IMG/VR virus record: IMGVR_UViG_3300044714_000251
Span: 1-55,154 of that record
Direction: 5' to 3' (one strand)
Source: a virus
Lineage: Duplodnaviria; Caudoviricetes
DNA length: 55,154 nt
The position numbers and the translations under genes were made by a program. Position 1 is the first letter of the stretch, and each line of letters opens with the position of its first letter. Below, one piece after another: positions 36,153 through 44,500 of the stretch. A model generated the notes under the pieces. It was not told the DNA's origin. It worked only from the letters and a program-made list of their open reading frames with translations, and searched no databases.

Positions 36153-36890
36153 ATGTCCTGCTCCGCACACCCGGTTGTTGACGAGATCTCTCTTGCGCTG
36201 TGGATGAGCTCGACCATGCCGCCCGAACTCCCTGCCCCGCCCGATCCCCGCACCCTTCAGGGGATTGGTGCGGCCATCTCCGAACTCTCGAGACAAGCCA
36301 AGGATGGTTTCGAAGGTCTGCGCCGTGACGTCAAGGGGGTCCGCGAAGACGTGCTCGAGGTCCGCGAAGAGCTGCGCGACGTGCGGAAAGAGCAAATGCG
36401 CGCAGACATCCGGATGGACAAGGTCGAAGAGCGCCTTGAAATTGTAGAGGAGTCCCCGGCGAAGACCGAGGCCTCCGAAACCGCGGCCCGAGCCGCCGAG
36501 GCGGTTGCGCAGGCTGCGGCGGAGGCGGCGAGGTCGGTGGCGAGCGCGGCTTCTCTCGCGCTCAAGCAAGAGCGACGGGAGCGACAAGCGGAGCGACCCA
36601 GTAAGATCTCTCTCGAGACGGCGAGCAAGGTCGTTCTGAACTCGATGCCTCCGCCGAAGTACGATCTCGGCGTGCAGATCTCGGACTCGGGCGTTCACAT
36701 GAAAATGCCGACGGATGAGTACAAGCGTCTCGTGACGCAGAACCAAGCCGCGGCAGCTCTTCGGCGCGAGAAGTGGGTCCTTCACAAGGGCTCCGTGCTT
36801 TTGATGATCGTCGCCTCTGCGTTTTTGGGAGGGGCTGCCAAGTCGTGCGCTTCGGCGCTGGTGCATTCGCACGTGGAGAATCGACCATGA
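36153..36890 (+). CDS. Coiled-coil protein with C-terminal TM
   Basis: Heptads LRRDVKGVREDVLEVREELRDV; hydrophobic C-terminus; start uncertain. Confidence 0.6.
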   Translation: MSCSAHPVVDEISLALWMSSTMPPELPAPPDPRTLQGIGAAISELSRQAKDGFEGLRRDVKGVREDVLEVREELRDVRKEQMRADIRMDKVEERLEIVEESPAKTEASETAARAAEAVAQAAAEAARSVASAASLALKQERRERQAERPSKISLETASKVVLNSMPPPKYDLGVQISDSGVHMKMPTDEYKRLVTQNQAAAALRREKWVLHKGSVLLMIVASAFLGGAAKSCASALVHSHVENRP

Positions 36891-38206
36891 ACCGAGCTCT
36901 TTTGGCTACCGTTGCTCTCCTCGCCGCCGAAGGCATCTATCGTCCCGTGGGAGGAGGTGGGGGTGGCAGCGGGATCACGCAGCTCACAGGGGACGTCACT
37001 GCGGGACCTGGTTCCGGTGCGGTTCCGGCAACCGTGGCTCGAATCAACGGGGCGACGGTGCCCGCGGCAGGTGCGCTGACGACAGGCAACGTGCTCCAGG
37101 TGACGGGCACGAGCGCTCTCGGCTATGCGGCCGTCAATCTCGCAGGGGGGGCGGGTTACATCACGGGCAACCTCCCCGTCACCAACATCGCCCCGGCGGG
37201 AACGAACGGATTTGTTCTCACGACCACCGGGGGCGTGACGGGGTGGGCCGCAGCTACGGGCGGAAGCGGCATTACGGCACTCACCGGAGACGTGACAGCC
37301 TCCGGGACAGGATCGGTGGCTGCAACGGTCGTACGCCTCACGGGCACAGGAGGCGTGGTCACGGTCCCCACGGCCACACTGAACTTCGGCACGAACCCCT
37401 CTACGACGGGGGCCATCAACCTCGCCAACGGAACAGGCATCTACCAGAGAAACGCGGCAAACACCGCCGACATCCGCTTCCTGGACATGGACACGGTCAA
37501 CGAGATCCTCATCGGGGATTACGGCGCCGCCAACGTGACTCTCGTCTCGAATTCGGGGCTCGTCGTCGATACCGCTTCGGGAGGTGTGTTCTCGTATGAG
37601 GGGACGACGCTGTCGACAAGCGCCGGAAACGCCGCTTTCAACGGAACAGGCTCTTTTGGAGGAGGTTCTGGCGTTATCGGTCTTCTGACCGCCGCGACTC
37701 AACCCACAACACTCCCGGCGGGACTTGTGCTCGCCGAGGGAGCAACAGGGCTTTTTGCCTATCAACCCGGAAACTCGTTCAATCGGCGGTCCTTCTGTCC
37801 TGTCCCCCAAGGAACCGCAGCCTCGCAAGCCGCAACCGTGGTGGACTTTTTCGGTTTTGCTTCGACGACGACGGGCGCGACGACCACGACCATCGTGACG
37901 ATTCCTTTGCCCGGGTCCAGCAACTCTATTGGGATGATCGTGACGGCCGTCGGCCGGCAAACCTCGGGGACCGTGGGCGCAACGACTGTCATCTCCCAGA
38001 CGGTCGGATTCAAGAACATCGCCGGCACCGTCACGGCCTTGACGACTCAGGGCACGGCCACCGTGGCGTTCGATACGGGCTTCACGGGCGGCTCAATCGG
38101 GTACGCGATCTCGGGTACGAATGTGGAAATTCAAGTGAATCAAGGGGGAACTGCGGCTGGCAATGCGGATTGGACTTGTTACGTCACGGCGTGCGTGTAC
38201 AACTGA
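36887..38206 (+). CDS. Gly/Thr-rich fibre or spike protein
   Basis: GITQLTGDVTA repeated; beta-rich C-terminal head. Confidence 0.7.
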   Translation: MNRALLATVALLAAEGIYRPVGGGGGGSGITQLTGDVTAGPGSGAVPATVARINGATVPAAGALTTGNVLQVTGTSALGYAAVNLAGGAGYITGNLPVTNIAPAGTNGFVLTTTGGVTGWAAATGGSGITALTGDVTASGTGSVAATVVRLTGTGGVVTVPTATLNFGTNPSTTGAINLANGTGIYQRNAANTADIRFLDMDTVNEILIGDYGAANVTLVSNSGLVVDTASGGVFSYEGTTLSTSAGNAAFNGTGSFGGGSGVIGLLTAATQPTTLPAGLVLAEGATGLFAYQPGNSFNRRSFCPVPQGTAASQAATVVDFFGFASTTTGATTTTIVTIPLPGSSNSIGMIVTAVGRQTSGTVGATTVISQTVGFKNIAGTVTALTTQGTATVAFDTGFTGGSIGYAISGTNVEIQVNQGGTAAGNADWTCYVTACVYN

Positions 38207-38214
38207 ACGCAGCC

Positions 38215-38610
38215 ATGCACTACGTTCAAATACCCGCCTCGATTCGACTCCGCGACCAAGTTTCTAAGGTCGAAGGTGAGACGGTGTCCTTCCAGCGCTA
38301 CGCGCACGATCTCTGGCTCAATGACGCGCGGTGGGAGACACCCAAGACGAACCTTCTTCGACTCATGGTCGTCCTTCCCCTCCTCGGAAGAGCGCCCGGC
38401 GAATGGGTCGAACTCGAGGATCAGGACTGGGTCATCCTGAAGAGCATCATCGACATGCCGGGTGTCGGATCCGGGGGGGCTCCTACCCTGTATTCACCTC
38501 TCGTTCAGATTCAGGTGGGTCCGACGTTCGAGCGGGCTATCCTGGACTCACCGACCAAAGACCCTCGAGCGGTGTTGAACGGAGCAAAGGAAGACCATGG
38601 CCAAGCATAG
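38215..38610 (+). CDS. Hypothetical protein, possible fibre chaperone
   Basis: Position directly after the fibre gene. Confidence 0.5.
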   Translation: MHYVQIPASIRLRDQVSKVEGETVSFQRYAHDLWLNDARWETPKTNLLRLMVVLPLLGRAPGEWVELEDQDWVILKSIIDMPGVGSGGAPTLYSPLVQIQVGPTFERAILDSPTKDPRAVLNGAKEDHGQA

Positions 38611-38803
38611 CGGCATCCAGCGACGCAATCGTTTTCAGGCTTCTCTTCTCGCGAACGAGGCGGGCTACCGAGCGCTTCAGTCGACACTCTCGACGAGCAA
38701 GAAGATTGCCGGCGTGACCGCGGCCGGTCTTCAGGGGCCTGGAGTGCAGTCGCTCGCGAAGGTGGCCGGAGCGCTCAACGCGATCGGATTCGCCGCTCAG
38801 TAA
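38597..38803 (+). CDS. Small basic protein
   Basis: 68-aa ORF with AAGGA RBS. Confidence 0.5.
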   Translation: MAKHSGIQRRNRFQASLLANEAGYRALQSTLSTSKKIAGVTAAGLQGPGVQSLAKVAGALNAIGFAAQ

Positions 38804-38806
38804 TCT

Positions 38807-38849
38807 TGATTTCAAGGGTATTGCAAACTCCTCCTGGAGGAGTTACCGT
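38807..38849 (+). promoter_or_regulatory. Motif-A site plus promoter with palindromic spacer, leaderless geometry
   Basis: TGATTT-5-GTATTGCAA; TTGCAA-ACTCCTCCTGGAGGAGT-TACCGT-6nt-ATG(38856). Confidence 0.6.
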
Positions 38850-38855
38850 TCGGGG

Positions 38856-39185
38856 ATGTTCGACGTCAACGAGTGGTGGCACGTCCTTACCAACGGCAAA
38901 GAGTTCGTGGGCAAAGCCGATGGGAAGAAGCTCTCCGACGTCCAGGAGTGCATCACCCAGACCGGCATAGTTCAGGATGCGCAGGGGCGTGCGCGTCCAC
39001 ACAAGGTCGTGATGACTTTCCCCGCACGTGTCCGAACGCTCGACATCCCTGTGGGTGCGCTTTGGATTTCGATCGCGGCCTACAACGACAAAAACGAATG
39101 GGCGAAGACCATCGAGTCAACCGAACGTCTCGCTCTCGAGCAAAGAGCGCAGGAGTCTGGACTTCAGATCGTTCGAGGGCACTGA
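38856..39185 (+). CDS. Hypothetical protein
   Basis: 109-aa ORF with its own promoter; ends SGLQIVRGH. Confidence 0.6.
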   Translation: MFDVNEWWHVLTNGKEFVGKADGKKLSDVQECITQTGIVQDAQGRARPHKVVMTFPARVRTLDIPVGALWISIAAYNDKNEWAKTIESTERLALEQRAQESGLQIVRGH

Positions 39186-39403
39186 TGCCGCCGCCGCGTC
39201 TCCCGCCGATGGCCGAACGGTTCGCGCGCTCGCTCACGCAGCAGCTCGCCGAAATCCTCACGAACGCGCTGGCAGGGGCTCTGGATGACGGTCTTGAACG
39301 CGTGGAGGATAAGGTTCAGGAGGGCCTCGGACGCATCAAAAGAGCCCGTGGAGTTGCGCAGAAGAGAGCCCGTCGCGGGCGGGTGACGTCGCGCGCGAGG
39401 TGA
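39185..39403 (+). CDS. Small helical protein
   Basis: TGATG-coupled. Confidence 0.5.
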   Translation: MPPPRLPPMAERFARSLTQQLAEILTNALAGALDDGLERVEDKVQEGLGRIKRARGVAQKRARRGRVTSRAR

Positions 39404-39418
39404 AGTAAGCTCGTCCCT

Positions 39419-40135
39419 ATGCCGGACGTGCTGGCCCGACGGGCAAAGGTGATTGCAGACGAGGCCCTTCTCCGTGCCGTCCATGGCGGAGGAGGTGGGG
39501 GCGGCGGCATCACGCAACTCACGGGAGATGTCACGGCGGGTCCCGGCTCGGGTGCAGTTGCGGCCATAGTGGCTCGAGCCAACGGGGCGACGATTCCGGC
39601 GGCGGGCGGACTCACTCCAGGCAACGTTCTTCAAGTTACCGGAGCGAGCGCGCTCGGGTATGCGCCGGTCAACTTGGCTTCCGCGGCCTCTGTTACAGGG
39701 CTTCTTCCGGTCGCGAACATCGCGCCAGCGGGAACGAACGGGTTCATTCTCACAACGACAGGTGGCGTGGCCGTATGGGCCGCCAATGGAGGCGGATCCG
39801 ATCTCACCCCGCGCGTGACGGTCAATCATGGGAACTCTCCTTTTACGGCCCTTCCTGGATACCGGCACATTGTCGACGAGTCTGAAGGCGCCGTAACGAT
39901 CAACCTTCCTTTGGGATCTCCGGCGGGGACAGACATCGCGATCAAAATCCTCACAGGACCCACGACGAACGGGCTAACCGTAAATGCCCCCTCTGGAGGA
40001 ACCGTCGAACAGTCACTCGAGGAGGCGGGGAGCGGTGGGGTTTACGCATCCTCGGCAACGTTCACCTCCGCGCAGGACATCGGAACCTCATTCACGTGGG
40101 AGTGTGATGGGTCCAACAATTGGGAGGCCGTCTGA
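39419..40135 (+). CDS. Second fibre/spike protein, N-terminal paralogue of 36887..38206
   Basis: About 100 aa near-identical (GITQLTGDVTAGPGSGAV...NIAPAGTNGF.LTTTGGV); different C-terminus. Confidence 0.75.
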   Translation: MPDVLARRAKVIADEALLRAVHGGGGGGGGITQLTGDVTAGPGSGAVAAIVARANGATIPAAGGLTPGNVLQVTGASALGYAPVNLASAASVTGLLPVANIAPAGTNGFILTTTGGVAVWAANGGGSDLTPRVTVNHGNSPFTALPGYRHIVDESEGAVTINLPLGSPAGTDIAIKILTGPTTNGLTVNAPSGGTVEQSLEEAGSGGVYASSATFTSAQDIGTSFTWECDGSNNWEAV

Positions 40136-42840
40136 TGCGTTTGCTTTGGATTTTCCTTCTGGCTTTCGTTTCGGCATGTTCGGCGCGCAGCATCCCCGTG
40201 CCTGCACCCGAGACCAAAGACGCCACAGTAGTGGTAGAGCCTCCGCCTCCGACCGTTCCAGGACGTCTCCTTGGAGCAAACGGGAATTTTGCATTTCCCA
40301 TCGGCCCCGCCTCTCTGAGCGGATTCGACGCCGGAACATACCCCAACCCGATCATCCCCGAAGGCTCGCAAGGTACGTTTTACCCAGGATCAGTCTCGAA
40401 TCTTGTCGACCAGAACTCGCTCATCTGGGGTGACGTGACGCAGCCTGAATGGCAAGGTGTGAGTTGCTATCTCACGGGTCCTACGGGCACGCCACAACTC
40501 ATTGGAGGCGCGGGGCAGAGCCCCGACGGTTCGCAGGACGCGGTCTGGGTCAACGAAGGTGCGGTCTCGTCGGGGGTGCTTGCACTCTCCCACGACGCTT
40601 TCGTCCCGACCGGCGTGACGAGTTTCAATTTCGAGATCGACGTGATGAACGCGCCTGGGGGGAGCGCAGTTAGCGTCCCCATGATCATCCTGAATTCGAA
40701 TTCAGGATGCGGTGGCAATGGTGCGATAGCGACAAGCAACACGAGTACTTGCGTCACAACGAACTCATGGCAAACGTGCCGACTTGCATCGGGGACGGTG
40801 GCTCACGGCACGGCCTATACGGTTCAGATCCCGCTCAACTACTCCACCCTTGGGACTGCGGGGGCGACCTTTCTCATCGCGCGCGCGCGCATCGTACCGA
40901 CCGGGTCGATTTCGCCCCCGCTCTTTCGATCCCCTGAGTCCTCACCCGCCGGAAGCTTCTATCGCTACGAAGCGAGCCCTGTTCTTTGGGACAACATCCA
41001 CTCGGATTTTGTTGGGGTTGGCGGAGTGGGCGGAGTCGGCCTGGCTCCCTTCCGGCAGTACTTGTTTCAGAGCCCATTTGCCCGGATGGTCTTCCAATCC
41101 AACGGACAGACTCAGGTCGGTCTAGAGGTTTTGAACGCGGGACTCACGAGTACGCCCAACCAACAAGTGGGCGTCAATGTGAACGGACGTCCGTACGCGA
41201 GCTTTGTCGGCGCGACGTCGCCCATGGTCGAGGACGCTACAACCCTGACGCTTCCCTCGGGGAACAACGAGATCGAATTCGTCGGCGGCGAACAAGGTTA
41301 CATCGGGCTCGGAATCTATCCAGAGAGCGCCGGCATCAGCGGTGAGTTCGTCCGAGCGGCCTACTCGACCACACCTCTCACGGTGCTTCCTCCGCCAAAA
41401 CCCTCGCGAACCGTGGTGGTGTGGGGGGATTCGAAGGAGGCCGGGATCTGGAGCACGAATCCTCCTGCCCAGGGATTTCCGGTTCTGTTGAGGCAGATGC
41501 TTGGTGGTCAAACGAGCACGGTCATCGAGGCCGTCGGGTCGAGCACCCTGAACAACGACACCAACACTCCAGCGCTTATCACCCAACTCGCTCAGCGCAT
41601 GGCCCGTGCGCGACCAGACATTCTTCTGTCGGTCATCGGCCGCAACGACTGGGCCGATTCCACGATGACACCCACCGTCTTTACAGCAACACTCGAGGCA
41701 GCATGGGATGCCATTCACGCAGCCACTCCAAGCACGCAGATCGTGGCCGTCACCTGGTGGCTCGAGTCCGTTGCACAAGAGTCCTCGACGATCAGTGGGT
41801 TCACGCTCGCAAACTTTCGTGCGGCGGAGCAGAACGCGTGCACGGCGAGGCCTACCTACTGCGTGTTCATGAACGCATCGACGGGGATTCCAAACTGGAA
41901 TCAAGCCTCGGGAGCTGGATCTAGCCTCTACACCGACGGCGTCCACCCCTCGAACTACGGATCGGGACAAGCCGCCAGCTACGTAGGTCTTCAGGTCTCG
42001 CATCTTCTGCCTGCATCGTCTTCGCTTCAGAGCTGGTACCCAGCGGAAACGGCCCAGACATGCTTGGTTCAGGCGCAGAACGTCGCGGCGGGGAGCCACG
42101 ATCTTTGCATCTACGCAACCGATCAGGCGAATGTCATCTACTACGGAGACCAGTACAACAACGGCGTCTACATCAACTCGAGCGCGAGTGTCACGCTTGG
42201 CATTCCTGGCGCCGACGCTCTTACACTTGTCCGCGGGACGGGCGGAGGGACGCTGGAATTTACGGGAAACATTTTCCAGTTTTCGAACGTCGCAGCCTCG
42301 GCGAACGCAATCGTCAACCAGAGTCAGCCCATCACCGATATCCCAGCAACTCCACTGACGGTTCAGGCGCAAGGAGCTTCGACAGGGGCTGTCACCAATG
42401 TAGTGGGAGGGGTCACGCAAGTCTTGGCCGGGCAGGGGACCACGCCCGCGAACAACGGTGGCATCTTGTTGGGGTATGGGCTCCAGACAGCTCCCACGCC
42501 CTTTTTCAGTTACGGCACCGGCGGAAACGGATGGATCCCGCAGACCTCTTCACAGTCGCTCGCCACGACACCAGTCACCCTAACATCCACCGAACTCTTG
42601 ACGCCCTATGTGATCTACACAGGAGCTCTCTCGGCAAACCCCACCGTCGTGAATCTACCAAACGTCGCCGGCATGTGGTTCATGGACATTTCCGCGGTCA
42701 CGAACACCACGGGCAACGCCATTGAGTTCGTGAGCGGTTCGGCCACCTGCTCTACGATTCCAGGGGCTTTGACGGTCGCGAACGATCTCGTCATCGTCCA
42801 TACGACGGGCGCAAACGGCATCACCTGCGGACTCCTGTGA
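40135..42840 (+). CDS. Large lipoprotein-signal protein with SGNH/GDSL hydrolase domain
   Basis: MRLLWIFLLAFVSA-C; VVWGDS, IGRND, DGVHP. Confidence 0.8.
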   Translation: MRLLWIFLLAFVSACSARSIPVPAPETKDATVVVEPPPPTVPGRLLGANGNFAFPIGPASLSGFDAGTYPNPIIPEGSQGTFYPGSVSNLVDQNSLIWGDVTQPEWQGVSCYLTGPTGTPQLIGGAGQSPDGSQDAVWVNEGAVSSGVLALSHDAFVPTGVTSFNFEIDVMNAPGGSAVSVPMIILNSNSGCGGNGAIATSNTSTCVTTNSWQTCRLASGTVAHGTAYTVQIPLNYSTLGTAGATFLIARARIVPTGSISPPLFRSPESSPAGSFYRYEASPVLWDNIHSDFVGVGGVGGVGLAPFRQYLFQSPFARMVFQSNGQTQVGLEVLNAGLTSTPNQQVGVNVNGRPYASFVGATSPMVEDATTLTLPSGNNEIEFVGGEQGYIGLGIYPESAGISGEFVRAAYSTTPLTVLPPPKPSRTVVVWGDSKEAGIWSTNPPAQGFPVLLRQMLGGQTSTVIEAVGSSTLNNDTNTPALITQLAQRMARARPDILLSVIGRNDWADSTMTPTVFTATLEAAWDAIHAATPSTQIVAVTWWLESVAQESSTISGFTLANFRAAEQNACTARPTYCVFMNASTGIPNWNQASGAGSSLYTDGVHPSNYGSGQAASYVGLQVSHLLPASSSLQSWYPAETAQTCLVQAQNVAAGSHDLCIYATDQANVIYYGDQYNNGVYINSSASVTLGIPGADALTLVRGTGGGTLEFTGNIFQFSNVAASANAIVNQSQPITDIPATPLTVQAQGASTGAVTNVVGGVTQVLAGQGTTPANNGGILLGYGLQTAPTPFFSYGTGGNGWIPQTSSQSLATTPVTLTSTELLTPYVIYTGALSANPTVVNLPNVAGMWFMDISAVTNTTGNAIEFVSGSATCSTIPGALTVANDLVIVHTTGANGITCGLL

Positions 42841-43208
42841 GCACCCCCGGCATCGTCTCTTTCGGCCCCTCAGGTTCCAAGGGCTCGGTCACGGTTTCGA
42901 TCGTCGAGAACCCCGAAGAGCAAGCGAAGGGTCTCAGCGGTAGGAACGGCCTACCGCCGGACAGCGGAATGCTGTTTTGGTTCGGTCTTAGGGCCGATCA
43001 CGGATTCTGGATGAAGAACACCCTCTTGCCCCTCGACCTGGTGTTTCTCGACTACGACCGCGTGGTCGGTATCCTCACCTTGCAGCCCTTTGACCTGGAA
43101 GTGAGAAGGGTGGGCCGGCTCTCCACTGCCGTTCTCGAGACAGGGGCGGGGTGGTGTGCCTCGCACGGGGTGGTCGTTGGCGACAAGGTGACGATTTTCT
43201 TGACGTAG
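42837..43208 (+). CDS. DUF192 family protein
   Basis: KGLSGR, GMLF, FWMKNTLLPLDLVFLD, VLETGAG, VGDKV. Confidence 0.88.
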   Translation: MSTPGIVSFGPSGSKGSVTVSIVENPEEQAKGLSGRNGLPPDSGMLFWFGLRADHGFWMKNTLLPLDLVFLDYDRVVGILTLQPFDLEVRRVGRLSTAVLETGAGWCASHGVVVGDKVTIFLT

Positions 43209-43240
43209 GGTAGGCTCTTCCGAACCAGGAGACACCCCCT

Positions 43241-43486
43241 ATGGCCCGTCGACGTCGCTCCGCACACCGCCACTATGCCCGCCCGAACCCTTTGAGCGAC
43301 ACCGAGCTCATTGTAGGGGGACTTGTAGGGGTCGCTATCCTCAGCCTCGGCGGATATTTGGTCTACACGCACTACAACGCCCTTCCGGCCGGATCGACCG
43401 CACCGGGCGGGACGGTATCGAGCGTCTCGACCGATGCGAACGGGAACACGCTCATCAACGGGTACCCCGTTGCGTCGTCGAGCTAA
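43241..43486 (+). CDS. Small membrane protein, basic-NP-TM class
   Basis: MARRRRSAHRHYARPNPLSDTELIVGGLVGVAILSLGGYLVY. Confidence 0.7.
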   Translation: MARRRRSAHRHYARPNPLSDTELIVGGLVGVAILSLGGYLVYTHYNALPAGSTAPGGTVSSVSTDANGNTLINGYPVASSS

Positions 43487-43664
43487 GTCCTACCGGCGCA
43501 AGAACCCCTGGCCGGACACTGAGACGCTCGTCTTCGGTGCTGGGTTCGTGGCGATTTCTGCGCTTGGCATCGCGATGATCGCCGATGCGATCGGTTCGTC
43601 GGAGGACACCATGACGGATCTCGGGGACACCTCCACTCTCGCGACACTCGCCACGGTGGTTTGA
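43470..43664 (+). CDS. Small membrane protein, basic-NP-TM class
   Basis: RRRAKSYRRKNPWPDTETLVFGAGFVAISALGIAMIA. Confidence 0.6.
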   Translation: MRRRAKSYRRKNPWPDTETLVFGAGFVAISALGIAMIADAIGSSEDTMTDLGDTSTLATLATVV

Positions 43665-44086
43665 TGATGGCCGGGCTCGTCTTGGGGGCGCTCGCGCTCG
43701 GGCAGCTCCCGCCCGCGGAGGATGCGCCCCAGGGGCTCGGAACCATCCCGGTCGAGCCGCACGTCTATGGACAGTGGCCTTTCGAAGGTTTCCCCGAACA
43801 AGTCGTGCTGAACGGGCGGACGTTCAATCTCGCGAAATGGTCCTGGCCGCTCTACAGCGGCGTGCAGCAGCAATACCGCGAGGCGGTGCCGACGAACTCG
43901 CAGCACCTGATGATTTACGACGATCTCTCGTACGACGTTCAGCACATGGACGAGATCAACCCGGACGCGGGGAACCCCCTTCAGCACGCGGTCGTCGACG
44001 CTCCCGGCGCTACCTCGGCGGCGATGGCCGCTCTTGGCTTCGCGCTTGGGCTCGTCGGGGGTATTCTGCTCCTGAGGACGCTTTGA
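43664..44086 (+). CDS. Membrane protein with C-terminal TM and GLG motif
   Basis: PQGLGTIP; hydrophobic termini. Confidence 0.6.
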   Translation: MMAGLVLGALALGQLPPAEDAPQGLGTIPVEPHVYGQWPFEGFPEQVVLNGRTFNLAKWSWPLYSGVQQQYREAVPTNSQHLMIYDDLSYDVQHMDEINPDAGNPLQHAVVDAPGATSAAMAALGFALGLVGGILLLRTL

Positions 44087-44355
44087 AGAGCTACCGGCGC
44101 AAAAACCCCTACGAGCGGGCGAACCTCTCCGGCGTCGATCTCGCCGAGGAGGATCTCATCCTGATCGGTGTTGGCGTGACGGTCGTCGGCGTTGTCGGGT
44201 ACCTCCTGGTGACGAAAATTCTCGAAGCGCTCCCCTCCGGCGCAGAGGTCGCCGCTGCGCTGAACAGCACGATGGGTGGGAGCACGAACAACGGAAACGA
44301 CGTCCCCCCCGGGGAAGACCCGAACGAGCCTGAGAACCAGGTGGGCTATGAGTAA
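44083..44355 (+). CDS. Small membrane protein, basic-NP-TM class
   Basis: KSYRRKNPYE...EDLILIGVGVTVVGVVGYLLV. Confidence 0.65.
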   Translation: MKSYRRKNPYERANLSGVDLAEEDLILIGVGVTVVGVVGYLLVTKILEALPSGAEVAAALNSTMGGSTNNGNDVPPGEDPNEPENQVGYE

Positions 44356-44500
44356 GCGCCGAAAGGGCCGCCCCAATCCGCTCGACCCCAACGACTGGCT
44401 TAAGCTCGCGGTCGCGGGCGGCATCGTGTTCGCGATTGCTGTGGCCCTCTACAACAAAGCGAACGGCATCGGTGACTTCGCTCCCGAGGAGCCTTCATAA
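44348..44500 (+). CDS. Small membrane protein, basic-NP-TM class
   Basis: MSKRRKGRPNPLDPNDWLKLAVAGGIVFAIAVALY. Confidence 0.65.
   Translation: MSKRRKGRPNPLDPNDWLKLAVAGGIVFAIAVALYNKANGIGDFAPEEPS

Noticed and set aside
36887-40135. Diversity-generating retroelement or invertible fibre switch
   Set aside because: No reverse transcriptase, differences are not adenine-specific, the copies are in direct orientation and no invertase is adjacent
41122-42420. 432-aa minus-strand ORF (likewise 3428..4786, 16830..17969, 36782..37960)
   Set aside because: Antisense shadows of well-supported genes in high-GC DNA
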